A stretch of 64,000 nt of DNA, taken from a virus (lineage: Duplodnaviria > Caudoviricetes). Positions within the stretch are counted from its first letter, which is position 1. Each line of letters opens with the position of its first letter. Location of the stretch: positions 39,349-103,348 of the IMG/VR virus record IMGVR_UViG_3300044693_000261. The stretch is one strand, 5' to 3'. The position numbers and the translations under genes were made by a program. Positions 1-8,914 of this stretch are shown piece after piece. The notes beneath the pieces were generated by a model. The model searched no databases and had not been told where the DNA came from. It saw nothing but the letters and a program-made list of their open reading frames with translations.

Positions 1-98
1 CGACGGGCTCGGGTCGGTTGTCGGGGGCGCGGGCGGCGCGGTCCACGGTGGCCTCGATCGAGAAGGAGTCGCTGGCCGAGGTGGCGGCGCGGTTCGAC

Positions 99-140
99 CT
101 GTCGGACTTCTGAGACACCGGCTACCCTATAAGTGTTCCG
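99..140 (+). promoter_or_regulatory. Early-class promoter (CTGTCG-N18-TACCCT-N6-GTTCCG)
   Basis: Matches the 12-copy motif; intergenic, upstream of the 219 ORF. Confidence 0.7.
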
Positions 141-218
141 CGAGAGGGGCCGCGCCGTCGGACGCGGCTCTGCCTGACATGATCAACGCCACCGACTCAA
201 GTTACTGGGGAGTAGCCC

Positions 219-500
219 ATGCCGTTGCCCTATCGCCCACACCTCGCGCCGCCGGCCGACGCGCCGCAGGTCGCCGAGCAGCTGCGCCAGATCCTGGAGT
301 CGCAGCCGCTGACCTACGCCGCCGGTCGCACGCACTACACGGCCACCGGTGCGGAGAGCTACCCGCCGCCCGAGGGCGACCTGGAGCCGCACCGACTGGT
401 GATGCAGGTGGTCGAGGTGGACGAGAACGACCGCGAGCACGTGGTGTCGCGGTGGCTGGTGACGGTCGAGCCGTTACCGCTGTCAAGGACCGTTTCGTGA
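219..500 (+). CDS. Hypothetical protein
   Basis: ATG after GGGGAG, high-GC3 codons, downstream of promoter. Confidence 0.75.
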   Translation: MPLPYRPHLAPPADAPQVAEQLRQILESQPLTYAAGRTHYTATGAESYPPPEGDLEPHRLVMQVVEVDENDREHVVSRWLVTVEPLPLSRTVS

Positions 501-516
501 ACGGAGGGAGCGTTAC

Positions 517-675
517 GTGAAACCCATCATCGGATGTCTGGCCGTGCTGGCCGCGTTCATCGTGATGGCGGTCGCCTACCGGCCGATACTGCTCGGGCTG
601 GTGCCGCTGGTCATCGTGGTGATGGTGCACGTGTTCGGCCGTACGCCGCGCCAGCGCCGCAGGGACTGGACGTGA
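517..675 (+). CDS. Small membrane protein (MKPIIGCLAVLAAFIV...)
   Basis: GTG after GGAGGGAG; hydrophobic 52 aa; GTGA overlap with next gene; too short for the ORF track. Confidence 0.65.
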   Translation: MKPIIGCLAVLAAFIVMAVAYRPILLGLVPLVIVVMVHVFGRTPRQRRRDWT

Positions 676-1007
676 CAGGCATCGACTGGTCGAAGGTCGG
701 CCCGAAGCTGTGCCCGACCGACGGCTGCGAGCACCGCATCGAGCTGGCGTTCACGCCGGCGCACCCGTGGTCGCTGGACTGCGAGCGCGGTAGGTGGTGG
801 CGCGGCTGCCTGGCGGCGGCCGCGCCGCGCGAGCCGGGACGCCAGCGCTGCGAGTGCCCCGGCTGCCAGCCGATGGCCGACGTGAAGTTGAACCTGCGGC
901 TGACGCGCAAGCGGTGCCGTTGCGACCCGCAGCGCATCGCCGCCGAGCTGGCCGCACGAACCGAGGAGGTGGGCGACGGTGCTGTGGACGAGGCCGCCGA
1001 GCTGTAG
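672..1007 (+). CDS. Cys-rich hypothetical protein
   Basis: GTG start coupled to previous stop; CPTDGC, CECPGC, CRC motifs. Confidence 0.65.
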   Translation: MTGIDWSKVGPKLCPTDGCEHRIELAFTPAHPWSLDCERGRWWRGCLAAAAPREPGRQRCECPGCQPMADVKLNLRLTRKRCRCDPQRIAAELAARTEEVGDGAVDEAAEL

Positions 1008-1248
1008 ACCGTACTGCTGTGGCGCGAACGACAACGGGCCGCCGTTCGCGCTGTGGTTCTGGCACGACGGCGTCGACCCGGTCTGGCTGTGTCAGCCGCA
1101 CCTAAACATCTGGCTGGATCTGGCCGACGAGGGCGAGATCGGCGAGCCGCTGCGACTGGAGTTCGTACGGCCGCCGACGCTGACCGAGGTCGCCGAGGTG
1201 ATCGAGCGCGAGTACGGCGCGGCGTTGCGGGTGCTCGGTGAGGCTTGA
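979..1248 (+). CDS. Putative Zn-binding hypothetical protein
   Basis: CRPYCC...WLCQPH; GGAGG upstream. Confidence 0.65.
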   Translation: MLWTRPPSCRPYCCGANDNGPPFALWFWHDGVDPVWLCQPHLNIWLDLADEGEIGEPLRLEFVRPPTLTEVAEVIEREYGAALRVLGEA

Positions 1249-1286
1249 CCCAACCTTACGTTGACGGCTATCCTCGCTGTGTTCCG
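1245..1286 (+). promoter_or_regulatory. Early-class promoter (TTGACC-N18-TATCCT-N6-GTTCCG)
   Basis: Near-consensus SigA -35/-10 plus motif. Confidence 0.85.
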
Positions 1287-1305
1287 GTGACGAGAGGATG
1301 AGGAC

Positions 1306-2034
1306 ATGCGCAAGGAGCATCTGGTCGCGGCCCGCGTGTACGCCAACGCGGCGCGCGCCACCGACACGGGCGACGTGGTCGTGCTGGTCTCGCCCACGAT
1401 GGTGCGCCGCAGCGTGCCGTCGATGGGCAGCGGCGACGGCTGGGGTGAGCTGAGCAAGGCCCGCCCCGGCGAGAGGCCGGGCCAGCAGCGGGCCACCGGC
1501 TGGGGTAAGCCGCTGCTGGCCGAGGTCGGCTACCTGGCGGTGAAGATCACCGACAAGCAGGAGCGCGACCAGCTGATCAACGGCGTCGACGACAACGGTC
1601 AGCCGACCAACGCCGGCGCGTCGCTGGTGATGGGCTGGGCGCTGGTGTGGGCCGAGCAGGTCGCCGGCAAGAACCTGAACGCGCGGGTGACCGAGGGCCA
1701 CAACCACCGCTACGCGCTGGTGATCGCCGAGGCGCGCACGCTGCGGCCGCTGCGCGAGCACCGGCGGGCCCTCGTCGAGGCCCGCAAGGACGCCGAGCAG
1801 CGCGCGGAGGCCAACCGTCAGCGAAGCGATGAGCTGTTCGTGCTGCGTGAGCAGGCTTCTCGTCAGCTGGCGGCGATGAATCTGTCGCTGGACGACCTGG
1901 AGGACGACGGCATCGCCGAGCACTACCGCCTGGTTCCGGTGCCGGTGACGCTGCTGGCCAAGCTGGCGCAGATGGCGCACTCGTTCCACCTGATCCCGGA
2001 GGGCGCGGAACTCATCTACCCCGGTGGCGACTGA
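1306..2034 (+). CDS. Hypothetical protein with C-terminal coiled coil
   Basis: ORF with RBS directly after promoter. Confidence 0.85.
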   Translation: MRKEHLVAARVYANAARATDTGDVVVLVSPTMVRRSVPSMGSGDGWGELSKARPGERPGQQRATGWGKPLLAEVGYLAVKITDKQERDQLINGVDDNGQPTNAGASLVMGWALVWAEQVAGKNLNARVTEGHNHRYALVIAEARTLRPLREHRRALVEARKDAEQRAEANRQRSDELFVLREQASRQLAAMNLSLDDLEDDGIAEHYRLVPVPVTLLAKLAQMAHSFHLIPEGAELIYPGGD

Positions 2035-2051
2035 TCTGGCGACAACCCAGC

Positions 2052-2090
2052 GACAACCCCCGGTCATCCGATCGGGGGTTGTCCTGTTTG
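2052..2090 (+). terminator. Hairpin terminator
   Basis: GACAACCCCC...GGGGGTTGTC stem followed by CTGTTTG. Confidence 0.7.
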
Positions 2091-2105
2091 TGACCACTTT
2101 CTGGC

Positions 2106-2147
2106 TTGTCGTGTCCTAGGACACCCGGTTATGCTGATGACGTTCCG
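2106..2147 (+). promoter_or_regulatory. Early-class promoter (TTGTCG-N18-TATGCT-N6-GTTCCG) with palindrome GTGTCCTAGGACAC in the spacer
   Basis: Motif match; perfect 14-bp palindrome at 2111-2124. Confidence 0.85.
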
Positions 2148-2166
2148 ACGACGATTGGGGTAAACC

Positions 2167-2361
2167 ATGGGTCACCACAAGACGCGCGGTGAGGGTGCGC
2201 CGTCGCGGGCCAAGCCGCTCGGCCAGCGCAGCGAGATGTTCGGCAAGAAGGCCAACCCGCAGGTCGCCGACAACGATCTGGCGGAGCCCGGTGTCGTCGA
2301 GGAGCTGCTGCGTGAGGGCAACGACACCGAGAAGCACCCGTACAAGCCGAGCGACGGCTGA
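2167..2361 (+). CDS. Hypothetical protein
   Basis: ORF directly after promoter. Confidence 0.7.
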   Translation: MGHHKTRGEGAPSRAKPLGQRSEMFGKKANPQVADNDLAEPGVVEELLREGNDTEKHPYKPSDG

Positions 2362-2380
2362 CCGGAGAGGAGTGATCACG

Positions 2381-2635
2381 ATGGACTGGAGACATCGCGC
2401 GGCCTGCCGCGACGAGGACCCCGAGCTGTTCTTTCCCGTGGGCAACTCCGGCCCGGCGCTGCTCCAGATCGCCGAGGCCAAGACGGTTTGTCGCCGGTGT
2501 CCGGTGGTATCCCGCTGCCTCACCGAGGCCATCGAGTGCGGAGACGACGCCGGCGTGTGGGGCGGCATGAGCGAGGACGAGAGGCGCGCGCTGAAGCGGC
2601 GCAATGCCCGGACGAGGGCCCGCAGCAATGCCTAA
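2381..2635 (+). CDS. whiB: WhiB family Fe-S transcription factor, WhiB1/WblE-like
   Basis: MDWRHRAACRDEDPELFFPVGNSGPA...CRRCPV..C...GVWGGMSEDERRALKRR: four Cys and GVWGG turn. Confidence 0.97.
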   Translation: MDWRHRAACRDEDPELFFPVGNSGPALLQIAEAKTVCRRCPVVSRCLTEAIECGDDAGVWGGMSEDERRALKRRNARTRARSNA

Positions 2636-2813
2636 GGGCAGCAAGTCCTCGGACAGCGGCTCCTCAGCTTCGCCGAAGCAGCCGAAGCAGTCGAAGTCGC
2701 CGTGCGACCCGGTGTGCAGGGGGCCGTGGAAAAGCACCGACAACCGCGACCCGTACACCGGCAAGTTGGTGTATCCGATGAAGAAATGCACCATCTGCGG
2801 CACGGAGTCCTGA
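2628..2813 (+). CDS. Small Zn-ribbon-like protein
   Basis: CDPVC...CTIC; overlaps whiB stop. Confidence 0.65.
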   Translation: MPKGSKSSDSGSSASPKQPKQSKSPCDPVCRGPWKSTDNRDPYTGKLVYPMKKCTICGTES

Positions 2814-2883
2814 CCTCGGCGCACCGCGCCGCGATGGGCCTGGCACACTGGTCGGGCGTTCTCACTGCTTGACCCAGCTCACC

Positions 2884-2928
2884 CCACGGCCCCGCCGGCC
2901 CCCTCCATCCGTCCGGCGGGGCCGTGGC
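2884..2928. terminator. GC-rich hairpin, probable terminator
   Basis: CCACGGCCCCGCCGG / CCGGCGGGGCCGTGG inverted repeat, intergenic. Confidence 0.6.
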
Positions 2929-2950
2929 ATGTCCGGGTTCGGATTGCTCC

Positions 2951-2992
2951 TTGACCCACATCTGCGGCGCTGGGTATGCTCGACGTGTTCCG
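2951..2992 (+). promoter_or_regulatory. Early-class promoter (TTGACC-N18-TATGCT-N6-GTTCCG)
   Basis: Near-consensus SigA elements plus motif. Confidence 0.85.
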
Positions 2993-3021
2993 GCAAGACA
3001 TCCCCGAGAGAGGGTCGACCC

Positions 3022-3741
3022 ATGCGGACGCAAGACCTCAAGCCCGGCACGGCGTACCTGTACCGCGAGAACGGCCGTGGCCCTGGCGTCATGGTGTACG
3101 CGATCGACAACAGGCCGTGGCGGCAGCGCCAGCGCGGCTACTCGGGCGAGAACCCGACCTTGCGCACCCTGTCGCTGACCGATGACGACAGCGGGCAGCA
3201 GTTCCGGGGCGCGCCGGTGCTGATGATCGACAAGTTCGAACCCGAGTTCGAGCTGCCCGAGCAGCTGCTGGCCCAGCGCGCCGACATCATCGCCGGCGCG
3301 GTGCGGGTCAAGGGTGTCTACCGGATCCAGCTGCGGGAGGTGCCCAACCCGAATCCGGGTGTCCGCACGCGCATCGAGGTGCCCGAGGCCATCTGGGAGC
3401 GCGCCGGCCTCGGCGACGGCCCGGTCCGCCACCGCGTGACCGTGCACGTGGTCAACCCCCGGTGGATCGTCGGCCCGTGGTCGGAGCACGTGGAGTCCCA
3501 CCGTCGCAACGCCGAGCGGACGGAACGACACCTCGCCGAGGAGCGGGAGCGGGCTCGCGCTCAGCACGACCGGATGGGTCAGATCGCGGCGCTGGGGCGG
3601 TTCGTGAACGTCGACCTGACGCTCCGGTCCCTGTCCACCTTCGACGACACGGTCATCGTCAGCTCGGCCGACCTGCTGACGGTGCTTCAGCGCCTGCACG
3701 CCGCGCGCAGCACCCTGACTCACCCGGGGGACGCGCTCTGA
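3022..3741 (+). CDS. Hypothetical protein
   Basis: ATG after GAGAGGG, downstream of promoter. Confidence 0.8.
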   Translation: MRTQDLKPGTAYLYRENGRGPGVMVYAIDNRPWRQRQRGYSGENPTLRTLSLTDDDSGQQFRGAPVLMIDKFEPEFELPEQLLAQRADIIAGAVRVKGVYRIQLREVPNPNPGVRTRIEVPEAIWERAGLGDGPVRHRVTVHVVNPRWIVGPWSEHVESHRRNAERTERHLAEERERARAQHDRMGQIAALGRFVNVDLTLRSLSTFDDTVIVSSADLLTVLQRLHAARSTLTHPGDAL

Positions 3742-4181
3742 TGGGCTGGTGGAGCGGTACGCCGAGCATCACCGGTATCGACCCGGATGACCTGATCACC
3801 GCCGCGCACGAGCTGGGCCACGCGGTGTGCGCCTACGCGCACGGCGTGGGCGTCACCTCGATCACCCTGGGGCTGACCACGCTGGACCTGCCCGACGACG
3901 ACGACGAGTTCACGCCGCAGCACTGGCGCGCCTACCTGGTGGGCTGCATGGCCGGCTACGAGGCCGAGGTGCTGTGGGCCCGCCGGGTCGGCGGCACGGC
4001 CGACAAGAGGCAGTCGGGTCTGGACATGCGCAACTTCCGGACCTACCGCAGGCGTGGCCGGATCGACATCACCGAGGGGCAGGCCCGCCGTGCGGCGCGG
4101 GTGGCCGTGAAAAGGAACTGGGGCCGGATCCGGCGTCTCGCGCCGGTGCTGGCGATCGAGGGGTCCATCGCCCCGTGGTGA
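3741..4181 (+). CDS. HExxH zinc metallopeptidase-like protein (M41/M50-like domain)
   Basis: AAHELGHAV...MAGYEAE; TGATG coupling. Confidence 0.75.
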   Translation: MGWWSGTPSITGIDPDDLITAAHELGHAVCAYAHGVGVTSITLGLTTLDLPDDDDEFTPQHWRAYLVGCMAGYEAEVLWARRVGGTADKRQSGLDMRNFRTYRRRGRIDITEGQARRAARVAVKRNWGRIRRLAPVLAIEGSIAPW

Positions 4182-4203
4182 TCGAAAGGAGCATTCTCCG
4201 CTG

Positions 4204-4809
4204 ATGAGCGAATCCCGCGTGCGCAGCATGACCGCGATCGAGCTGGTGGCGGCCGCTGAGGAGGCGGCGCGCCGCCGGGTGACCGCGCCGGACCGGGTGC
4301 CCGAGTGGGTGTCCGAGGGCGCGGGCGCGCCGCCGCCGGTGATGCCGATGCGCTACATCGAGGCCACCAAGCGGGTCGCCACCGCGCTGTTCGACGGCGA
4401 CCTGGCGCGCACCCTCTACGACGACTTCTGGACGCTGGCCGACGAGGTGGGCCGCGACTTGACGCGGGTCGCCGGCGAGAGCCTGCGCAGCAGCCTGAAC
4501 CTCGCCGAGTGCGAGAACTGCGGCGGCGAGCACGCGTTGGTGGCGCTGACGGTCCAGACCAACGTCGGTATTCCGGCGCAGGTCGCGCCGGGCATGCGCA
4601 CCGCGATCACCTGCTCGGTGCTGCTGGCCTGCGAGGTGCCCGAGACGCGGCACCCGATGTTCGCCGGCGAGCGCGGCAGCACCCAGAACCTGACCGGCCT
4701 GTGCGCGCTGGCGTGGATCCGCGCGCTGGCCGTGTGCGACGCCCTGCGCGTGCAGGTCGTCTCGCCCGACGAAATGATCCGCAAGCTGAACGGAGACGAC
4801 GACCAGTGA
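4204..4809 (+). CDS. Hypothetical protein (CENC motif)
   Basis: AAAGGAG RBS, coding-like codon usage. Confidence 0.8.
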   Translation: MSESRVRSMTAIELVAAAEEAARRRVTAPDRVPEWVSEGAGAPPPVMPMRYIEATKRVATALFDGDLARTLYDDFWTLADEVGRDLTRVAGESLRSSLNLAECENCGGEHALVALTVQTNVGIPAQVAPGMRTAITCSVLLACEVPETRHPMFAGERGSTQNLTGLCALAWIRALAVCDALRVQVVSPDEMIRKLNGDDDQ

Positions 4810-5459
4810 CCGACACGATGCAGTCATCCACAACTTATCCACAGCCTGTGCATGCCGCCGGCGCGGCCCGCGAGGAACTATCCCTGCGGATCTTCGACCT
4901 CGCCGACGCGCTGACCGAGCAGGCCAAGGCGGTGCGCTCGATCGCCGAGCACGTCGAGGCCGGCAGGCCGTTGCAGCACCACGACGGCGCGACGTTCACC
5001 GCCGCCGAGGCCGTCGCCTGGGTGGCCGAGGCGCTGGAGGCCGTCACGAAGCGAGCCGACCTGTCCGCGCTCGTGCGCGACGCCGCGACACACGACGTGG
5101 CCGTCGCCCGCGCCACTGAGGCGAACTGGCTGATCGGCTCCGTGGAGCGCGACTACGTGTCGGCGCTCAACGCGGTGTTGGCCTCGCCGGCCGAGGCCGT
5201 CGACGACCGGCAGCGCTGGCGCGGGCAGGCCGAGGCTTACCACGACATCGACCGCGCGGTGCGGGCCCGACACAGCTTCCCCGCGCCGATGCTGCGCAAC
5301 CGGGGATGGCGCGAGCTCAACGGCGTCTACAGCGATGCCGACATCGCCGGATTCCGACATGGCCACGACGCGCAGGCCGAGGCCGGGCGCGACACCGCCG
5401 CCGGTGTGTTCGCCGCCGGTCCGGACGACCTGACCGACCTGGCGGCCGACAATGGCTGA
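4806..5459 (+). CDS. Hypothetical protein
   Basis: GTGA overlap; 3' part of track ORF 4305..5459. Confidence 0.75.
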   Translation: MTDTMQSSTTYPQPVHAAGAAREELSLRIFDLADALTEQAKAVRSIAEHVEAGRPLQHHDGATFTAAEAVAWVAEALEAVTKRADLSALVRDAATHDVAVARATEANWLIGSVERDYVSALNAVLASPAEAVDDRQRWRGQAEAYHDIDRAVRARHSFPAPMLRNRGWRELNGVYSDADIAGFRHGHDAQAEAGRDTAAGVFAAGPDDLTDLAADNG

Positions 5460-6018
5460 CGACGCCGAGCTGGAGATCGATCTCAACCGGCGCATCGAGC
5501 GCGAGTCGGCGGACGTGGCCGAGGCGTTCGTGCGCAGCATGGGTGGCATTCGCGACTCGGTCGCCGCCGAGCGGCTGCGCAACAGCATCACTCGGGCGAC
5601 CAGGCACGCGGTGGCGCGGGAGATCATGGCGTGGCTGGAGTCGGGCGTCTACCGCAGTCACGGCGCGGTCGGCGCGTGGGAGCTGGGCGACCGTCTCGCG
5701 CTGCTGACCGACACCGCGCCCGACGACTGGCACCAGCACCCGGGCGCGAGCCTGCGCAGGCTGTACGCCGACGGCGGCGTGTCCGTCGACGGCCAGTGGG
5801 TGCCGTTCCGCGCGATGGCCACGGAGACGGTGCGGGCGGAGATGCTGGGCCAGCTGCACGCCGGTCTGGGTACGACGGCGGCGCAGCCCTCGACACCGGG
5901 GCCGAGCGCGCGGCCGTGGATCACGGTCTCGGCGCTGCGCAAGCTCGGCGTGTCCACCGACCTCGGCCATCTGCGCGAGTTCTTCGGCGCGGTCGACGTC
6001 GAGGTGGTGGATCGGTGA
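5452..6018 (+). CDS. Hypothetical protein
   Basis: Overlapping operon packing. Confidence 0.8.
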   Translation: MADDAELEIDLNRRIERESADVAEAFVRSMGGIRDSVAAERLRNSITRATRHAVAREIMAWLESGVYRSHGAVGAWELGDRLALLTDTAPDDWHQHPGASLRRLYADGGVSVDGQWVPFRAMATETVRAEMLGQLHAGLGTTAAQPSTPGPSARPWITVSALRKLGVSTDLGHLREFFGAVDVEVVDR

Positions 6019-6353
6019 CGCGCGCCTACCCGACACACGTGACCGACGCGGTCGCGTTCGTGGAGATGACGCCGCCGGTCGCAGCGATGTTCGCGGCGAT
6101 CGTGCGGCAGGCCGCCCGCTACGGCGTCAAGGAGTTGAGCGAGCAGGTGCGCGCGATGACCGAGGTCTACGAGGACCCGGCGGGCCGCGCGGCAATGGTC
6201 GACTTCGCCAAGCGCAACCTGTACAGCAGCGCGGCCAGGAACGGCTACGCGGTGCTGACCTGCACGGTCGACGAGTGGACCAATCCGAGCGGCGGCTGGC
6301 GCACCACCGTGCGGGTCAGCGCTGTGCCCCTGAGCGACGTGGAGCGACCGTGA
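6015..6353 (+). CDS. Hypothetical protein
   Basis: GTGA overlap with upstream GAGG. Confidence 0.75.
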   Translation: MTRAYPTHVTDAVAFVEMTPPVAAMFAAIVRQAARYGVKELSEQVRAMTEVYEDPAGRAAMVDFAKRNLYSSAARNGYAVLTCTVDEWTNPSGGWRTTVRVSAVPLSDVERP

Positions 6354-6739
6354 CCGAGCAGGCGACCCGAGCGTTGTCGGCGGCCGAGATCGGCCGCTCG
6401 CTCAATACGGCAGTCAAGCCCCGCAGCGCTGGCGTCGAAGGCGAGGTCTACCCCGCCGACGAGACGCAGGCCGCCGCGATCGTGGTGGAGTGGTTGAACC
6501 AGTCCGGTCTACGCGAGGCTGTTGAGGACCGCATCCTGGCCGGCTCGCACGAGATGGACATCGCCCGCGCGTTGGCCGCCTACCTGGTGCTGAAGCTGAC
6601 CGACGACGGCCGTTTCACTTTCCCGTCGGTGGAGGAGCTGATGGCCGAGCTGGGCGAGCGGACGGTGACGTTCACCGCCGACGACCAGGTGATGGTGCTT
6701 CAGGTGCACCCCGAGGGCGAGGAACCCGGCGGTGAGTGA
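6350..6739 (+). CDS. Hypothetical protein
   Basis: GTGA overlap, GGAG RBS. Confidence 0.75.
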   Translation: MTEQATRALSAAEIGRSLNTAVKPRSAGVEGEVYPADETQAAAIVVEWLNQSGLREAVEDRILAGSHEMDIARALAAYLVLKLTDDGRFTFPSVEELMAELGERTVTFTADDQVMVLQVHPEGEEPGGE

Positions 6740-6962
6740 CGACAACGCCGAGGTCACCGACGGTGGCTACAACTTCGTCACCGAGTCGTTCGGCCTGGTC
6801 GACACCGGTGCCGGTTGGATGATCGAGGCCAAGGACGGCTCGGGCGAGGCGATCATGGTGCCCGAGGTCGAACTGTGGCGGCTGGCGGACGTTCTGTGTC
6901 AGGCGCACGTCGCCGCCGGCCGCAAGCGAGGGGAGGCCAAGCGCCGTGTCGCGAAACGCTGA
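6732..6962 (+). CDS. Hypothetical protein
   Basis: Operon packing. Confidence 0.7.
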   Translation: MSDDNAEVTDGGYNFVTESFGLVDTGAGWMIEAKDGSGEAIMVPEVELWRLADVLCQAHVAAGRKRGEAKRRVAKR

Positions 6963-7551
6963 ACCGGTCGCGCCCCGGATCTGGTGGTCGCCGACCCAGG
7001 GTGTGATCACCGACGGTCAGGGCTCCGGTCCGGAGCTGCCGGCCGACGCGGTGCCGTATCGACCGGCGGACATTCGGGCTGGCCTGGAGCTGGGGCGCGC
7101 TGCCGGCGCTTCCTGGCCGATGGCCAAGCCGCCGCGTGTGTGGTGGTCGGCCGAGCGCGGCGGCCTGATCGTCGGCAACCCGGACATGGATCCAGCTGAC
7201 TACGGCTCGATCCCGGCTGACGCCGTGCCGTACGGGTTCAACCCGAAGCCGGATCCGGACCTGATCCGGTGGTGCGAGTATCCGGACTGCCTGGCGTCCT
7301 TCCATGCGATCAGCGGACCGGCCGAGAACGGCTGGCTGTACCGCAAGGGCCGGGGCGTCGGCGGCGCGCTACTGCTGTGTCCGGCACATCGGGACGATTC
7401 GCACCTGATCAGCTCGGAGGGTTTCACCCGCGATGATCCGACCGTGACCGTGGTGTGCGACTGCGGCGACCGGGCGGTGATCAAGCCGACGACCGGCTGG
7501 GCGATGCGGCAGTGGTGGGCGGCGCATGTGCGCACCGTTGACCGGCCGTGA
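6946..7551 (+). CDS. Hypothetical protein with duplicated WWS...PADAVPY module and Cys/His-rich C-terminus
   Basis: PRIWWS...LPADAVPY and PRVWWS...IPADAVPY; CEYPDC, LCPAH, CDCG. Confidence 0.8.
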   Translation: MSRNAEPVAPRIWWSPTQGVITDGQGSGPELPADAVPYRPADIRAGLELGRAAGASWPMAKPPRVWWSAERGGLIVGNPDMDPADYGSIPADAVPYGFNPKPDPDLIRWCEYPDCLASFHAISGPAENGWLYRKGRGVGGALLLCPAHRDDSHLISSEGFTRDDPTVTVVCDCGDRAVIKPTTGWAMRQWWAAHVRTVDRP

Positions 7552-7579
7552 CATGGGTGAGTATTCTCGATGTGTTCCG
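7538..7579 (+). promoter_or_regulatory. Early-class promoter (TTGACC-N18-TATTCT-N6-GTTCCG)
   Basis: Motif match. Confidence 0.85.
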
Positions 7580-7600
7580 GCAGTGAGAGGTAGGTGAACC

Positions 7601-7966
7601 ATGGACATGACCCCTGGCAAGCGGCGCTCGTTCAAGCCGATCCCGTTCGGCTTCGACAGTCGCCCCTGCGCGCGCTGCGATGAGCGCATGGCCATCGGCA
7701 AGCAGGTGCCCAAGGGGGTGCGCCGGCACGTGGCTCGCCACCTATGCAACGGCTGCTACCCGACGGTCGCCAAGGCGGGTGAACTCAACCAGTTCGGACG
7801 GATCACCTGCGACAGTGACCAGCTCGCTTCGCGGGTCGAGGCGCTGCTGGCCGAGGGCAAGACCCTGGCTGACTGCGCTCGGATCTTCGCCACGCCGCGC
7901 ACGACCTTGGACAGCGCCCTGCGTCGGCACCGCGCGCTGGTCGAGAACGGAGAGTCGCATGCCTGA
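7601..7966 (+). CDS. Zn-finger plus HTH DNA-binding protein
   Basis: CARC...LCNGCY, then LLAEGKTLADCARIFATPRTTLDSALRR (HTH-like). Confidence 0.7.
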   Translation: MDMTPGKRRSFKPIPFGFDSRPCARCDERMAIGKQVPKGVRRHVARHLCNGCYPTVAKAGELNQFGRITCDSDQLASRVEALLAEGKTLADCARIFATPRTTLDSALRRHRALVENGESHA

Positions 7967-8399
7967 GATCGTGGCCTGCCGGTGGTGCACCCATCCGGTG
8001 CCGCAGACCCCCAAGGGAGTGCACCGCAAGCACGCCGTCGACGGCTCGCTGGTGTTCCGCACCGAGGCCGGCGACGACGGCAAGCCGCGCCCGCCGATGC
8101 TGCCCTGCGATGGCTCCGGCTTGGTCAACCCGCCCGAGGGCGAGCCTCTGCCGGTCGCGTGGGTGACGCTGCGGCCGTGCGGCTGCGTCGAGGGTGTCGC
8201 CTACCTGTGGGCGTACGGCACTCGTCGCGCCGCCGCGCGCGAGATGGGCGCGACCGACGGCTCCCGGCTGCTGGTGTGCGTCGACAGGGCTGGCCACCTC
8301 GCGGCCGTCGACAGCCTGCGCGCCCACAGCCTGGACAACCAGGGGCACCAGCATCCCGAGCTGACGTACCTGCCGCACCCGCTGGACGGTGCGCGGTGA
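7959..8399 (+). CDS. Cys/His-rich hypothetical protein
   Basis: CRWC...RKH...CDGSG, RPCGC; GGAG RBS. Confidence 0.75.
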   Translation: MPEIVACRWCTHPVPQTPKGVHRKHAVDGSLVFRTEAGDDGKPRPPMLPCDGSGLVNPPEGEPLPVAWVTLRPCGCVEGVAYLWAYGTRRAAAREMGATDGSRLLVCVDRAGHLAAVDSLRAHSLDNQGHQHPELTYLPHPLDGAR

Positions 8400-8914
8400 A
8401 CAGTCGGGCCGAGCAGCTGGCCGTCGGCTGGGAGCGTATGACCGGTTCGGTGCATCCCGAGCAGGCCAAGATCTTCCGGTTGTGCGCCAAGCAGTTGCGT
8501 GCCGCGTTCGACGGGTCCGACTTCGGCCTGTCGCGCGCGGCGTGGGTCGTGGTCTGCCAGGACTGCGACCACGCGCCGCACGAGGGTGAGCAGTGCCGCA
8601 AGGCGTCCAACCCCGAGAACCCGACGCTGTGCGATTGCACATCCGACAAGCTCGCGCAGATGCTGGCCTCCGACGAGGTGCTGCTGGCGGTGCTGACCGA
8701 ACAGGTCGCCGAGGAGGTCGCCCGCGCGTTGTCGGCCGCCAAGCGGGGCGATGACCGCCAGTGGCGCACGCTGCCCCGATTCATGCAGTGCACCATCGCG
8801 CGCGGCTATCTGCGGGACTTCGCGGTGTCGCTGCCCATCCTGCTGCGCCACTGGCGTGGCCTGGTGTCCGGCGAGGGCTGGATCGACCGTGTCAAAGCTG
8901 AGGAGAACTCGTGA
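8396..8914 (+). CDS. Hypothetical protein with Zn-binding motif
   Basis: CQDCDH..H...C...CDC; GTGA overlap. Confidence 0.75.
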   Translation: MNSRAEQLAVGWERMTGSVHPEQAKIFRLCAKQLRAAFDGSDFGLSRAAWVVVCQDCDHAPHEGEQCRKASNPENPTLCDCTSDKLAQMLASDEVLLAVLTEQVAEEVARALSAAKRGDDRQWRTLPRFMQCTIARGYLRDFAVSLPILLRHWRGLVSGEGWIDRVKAEENS

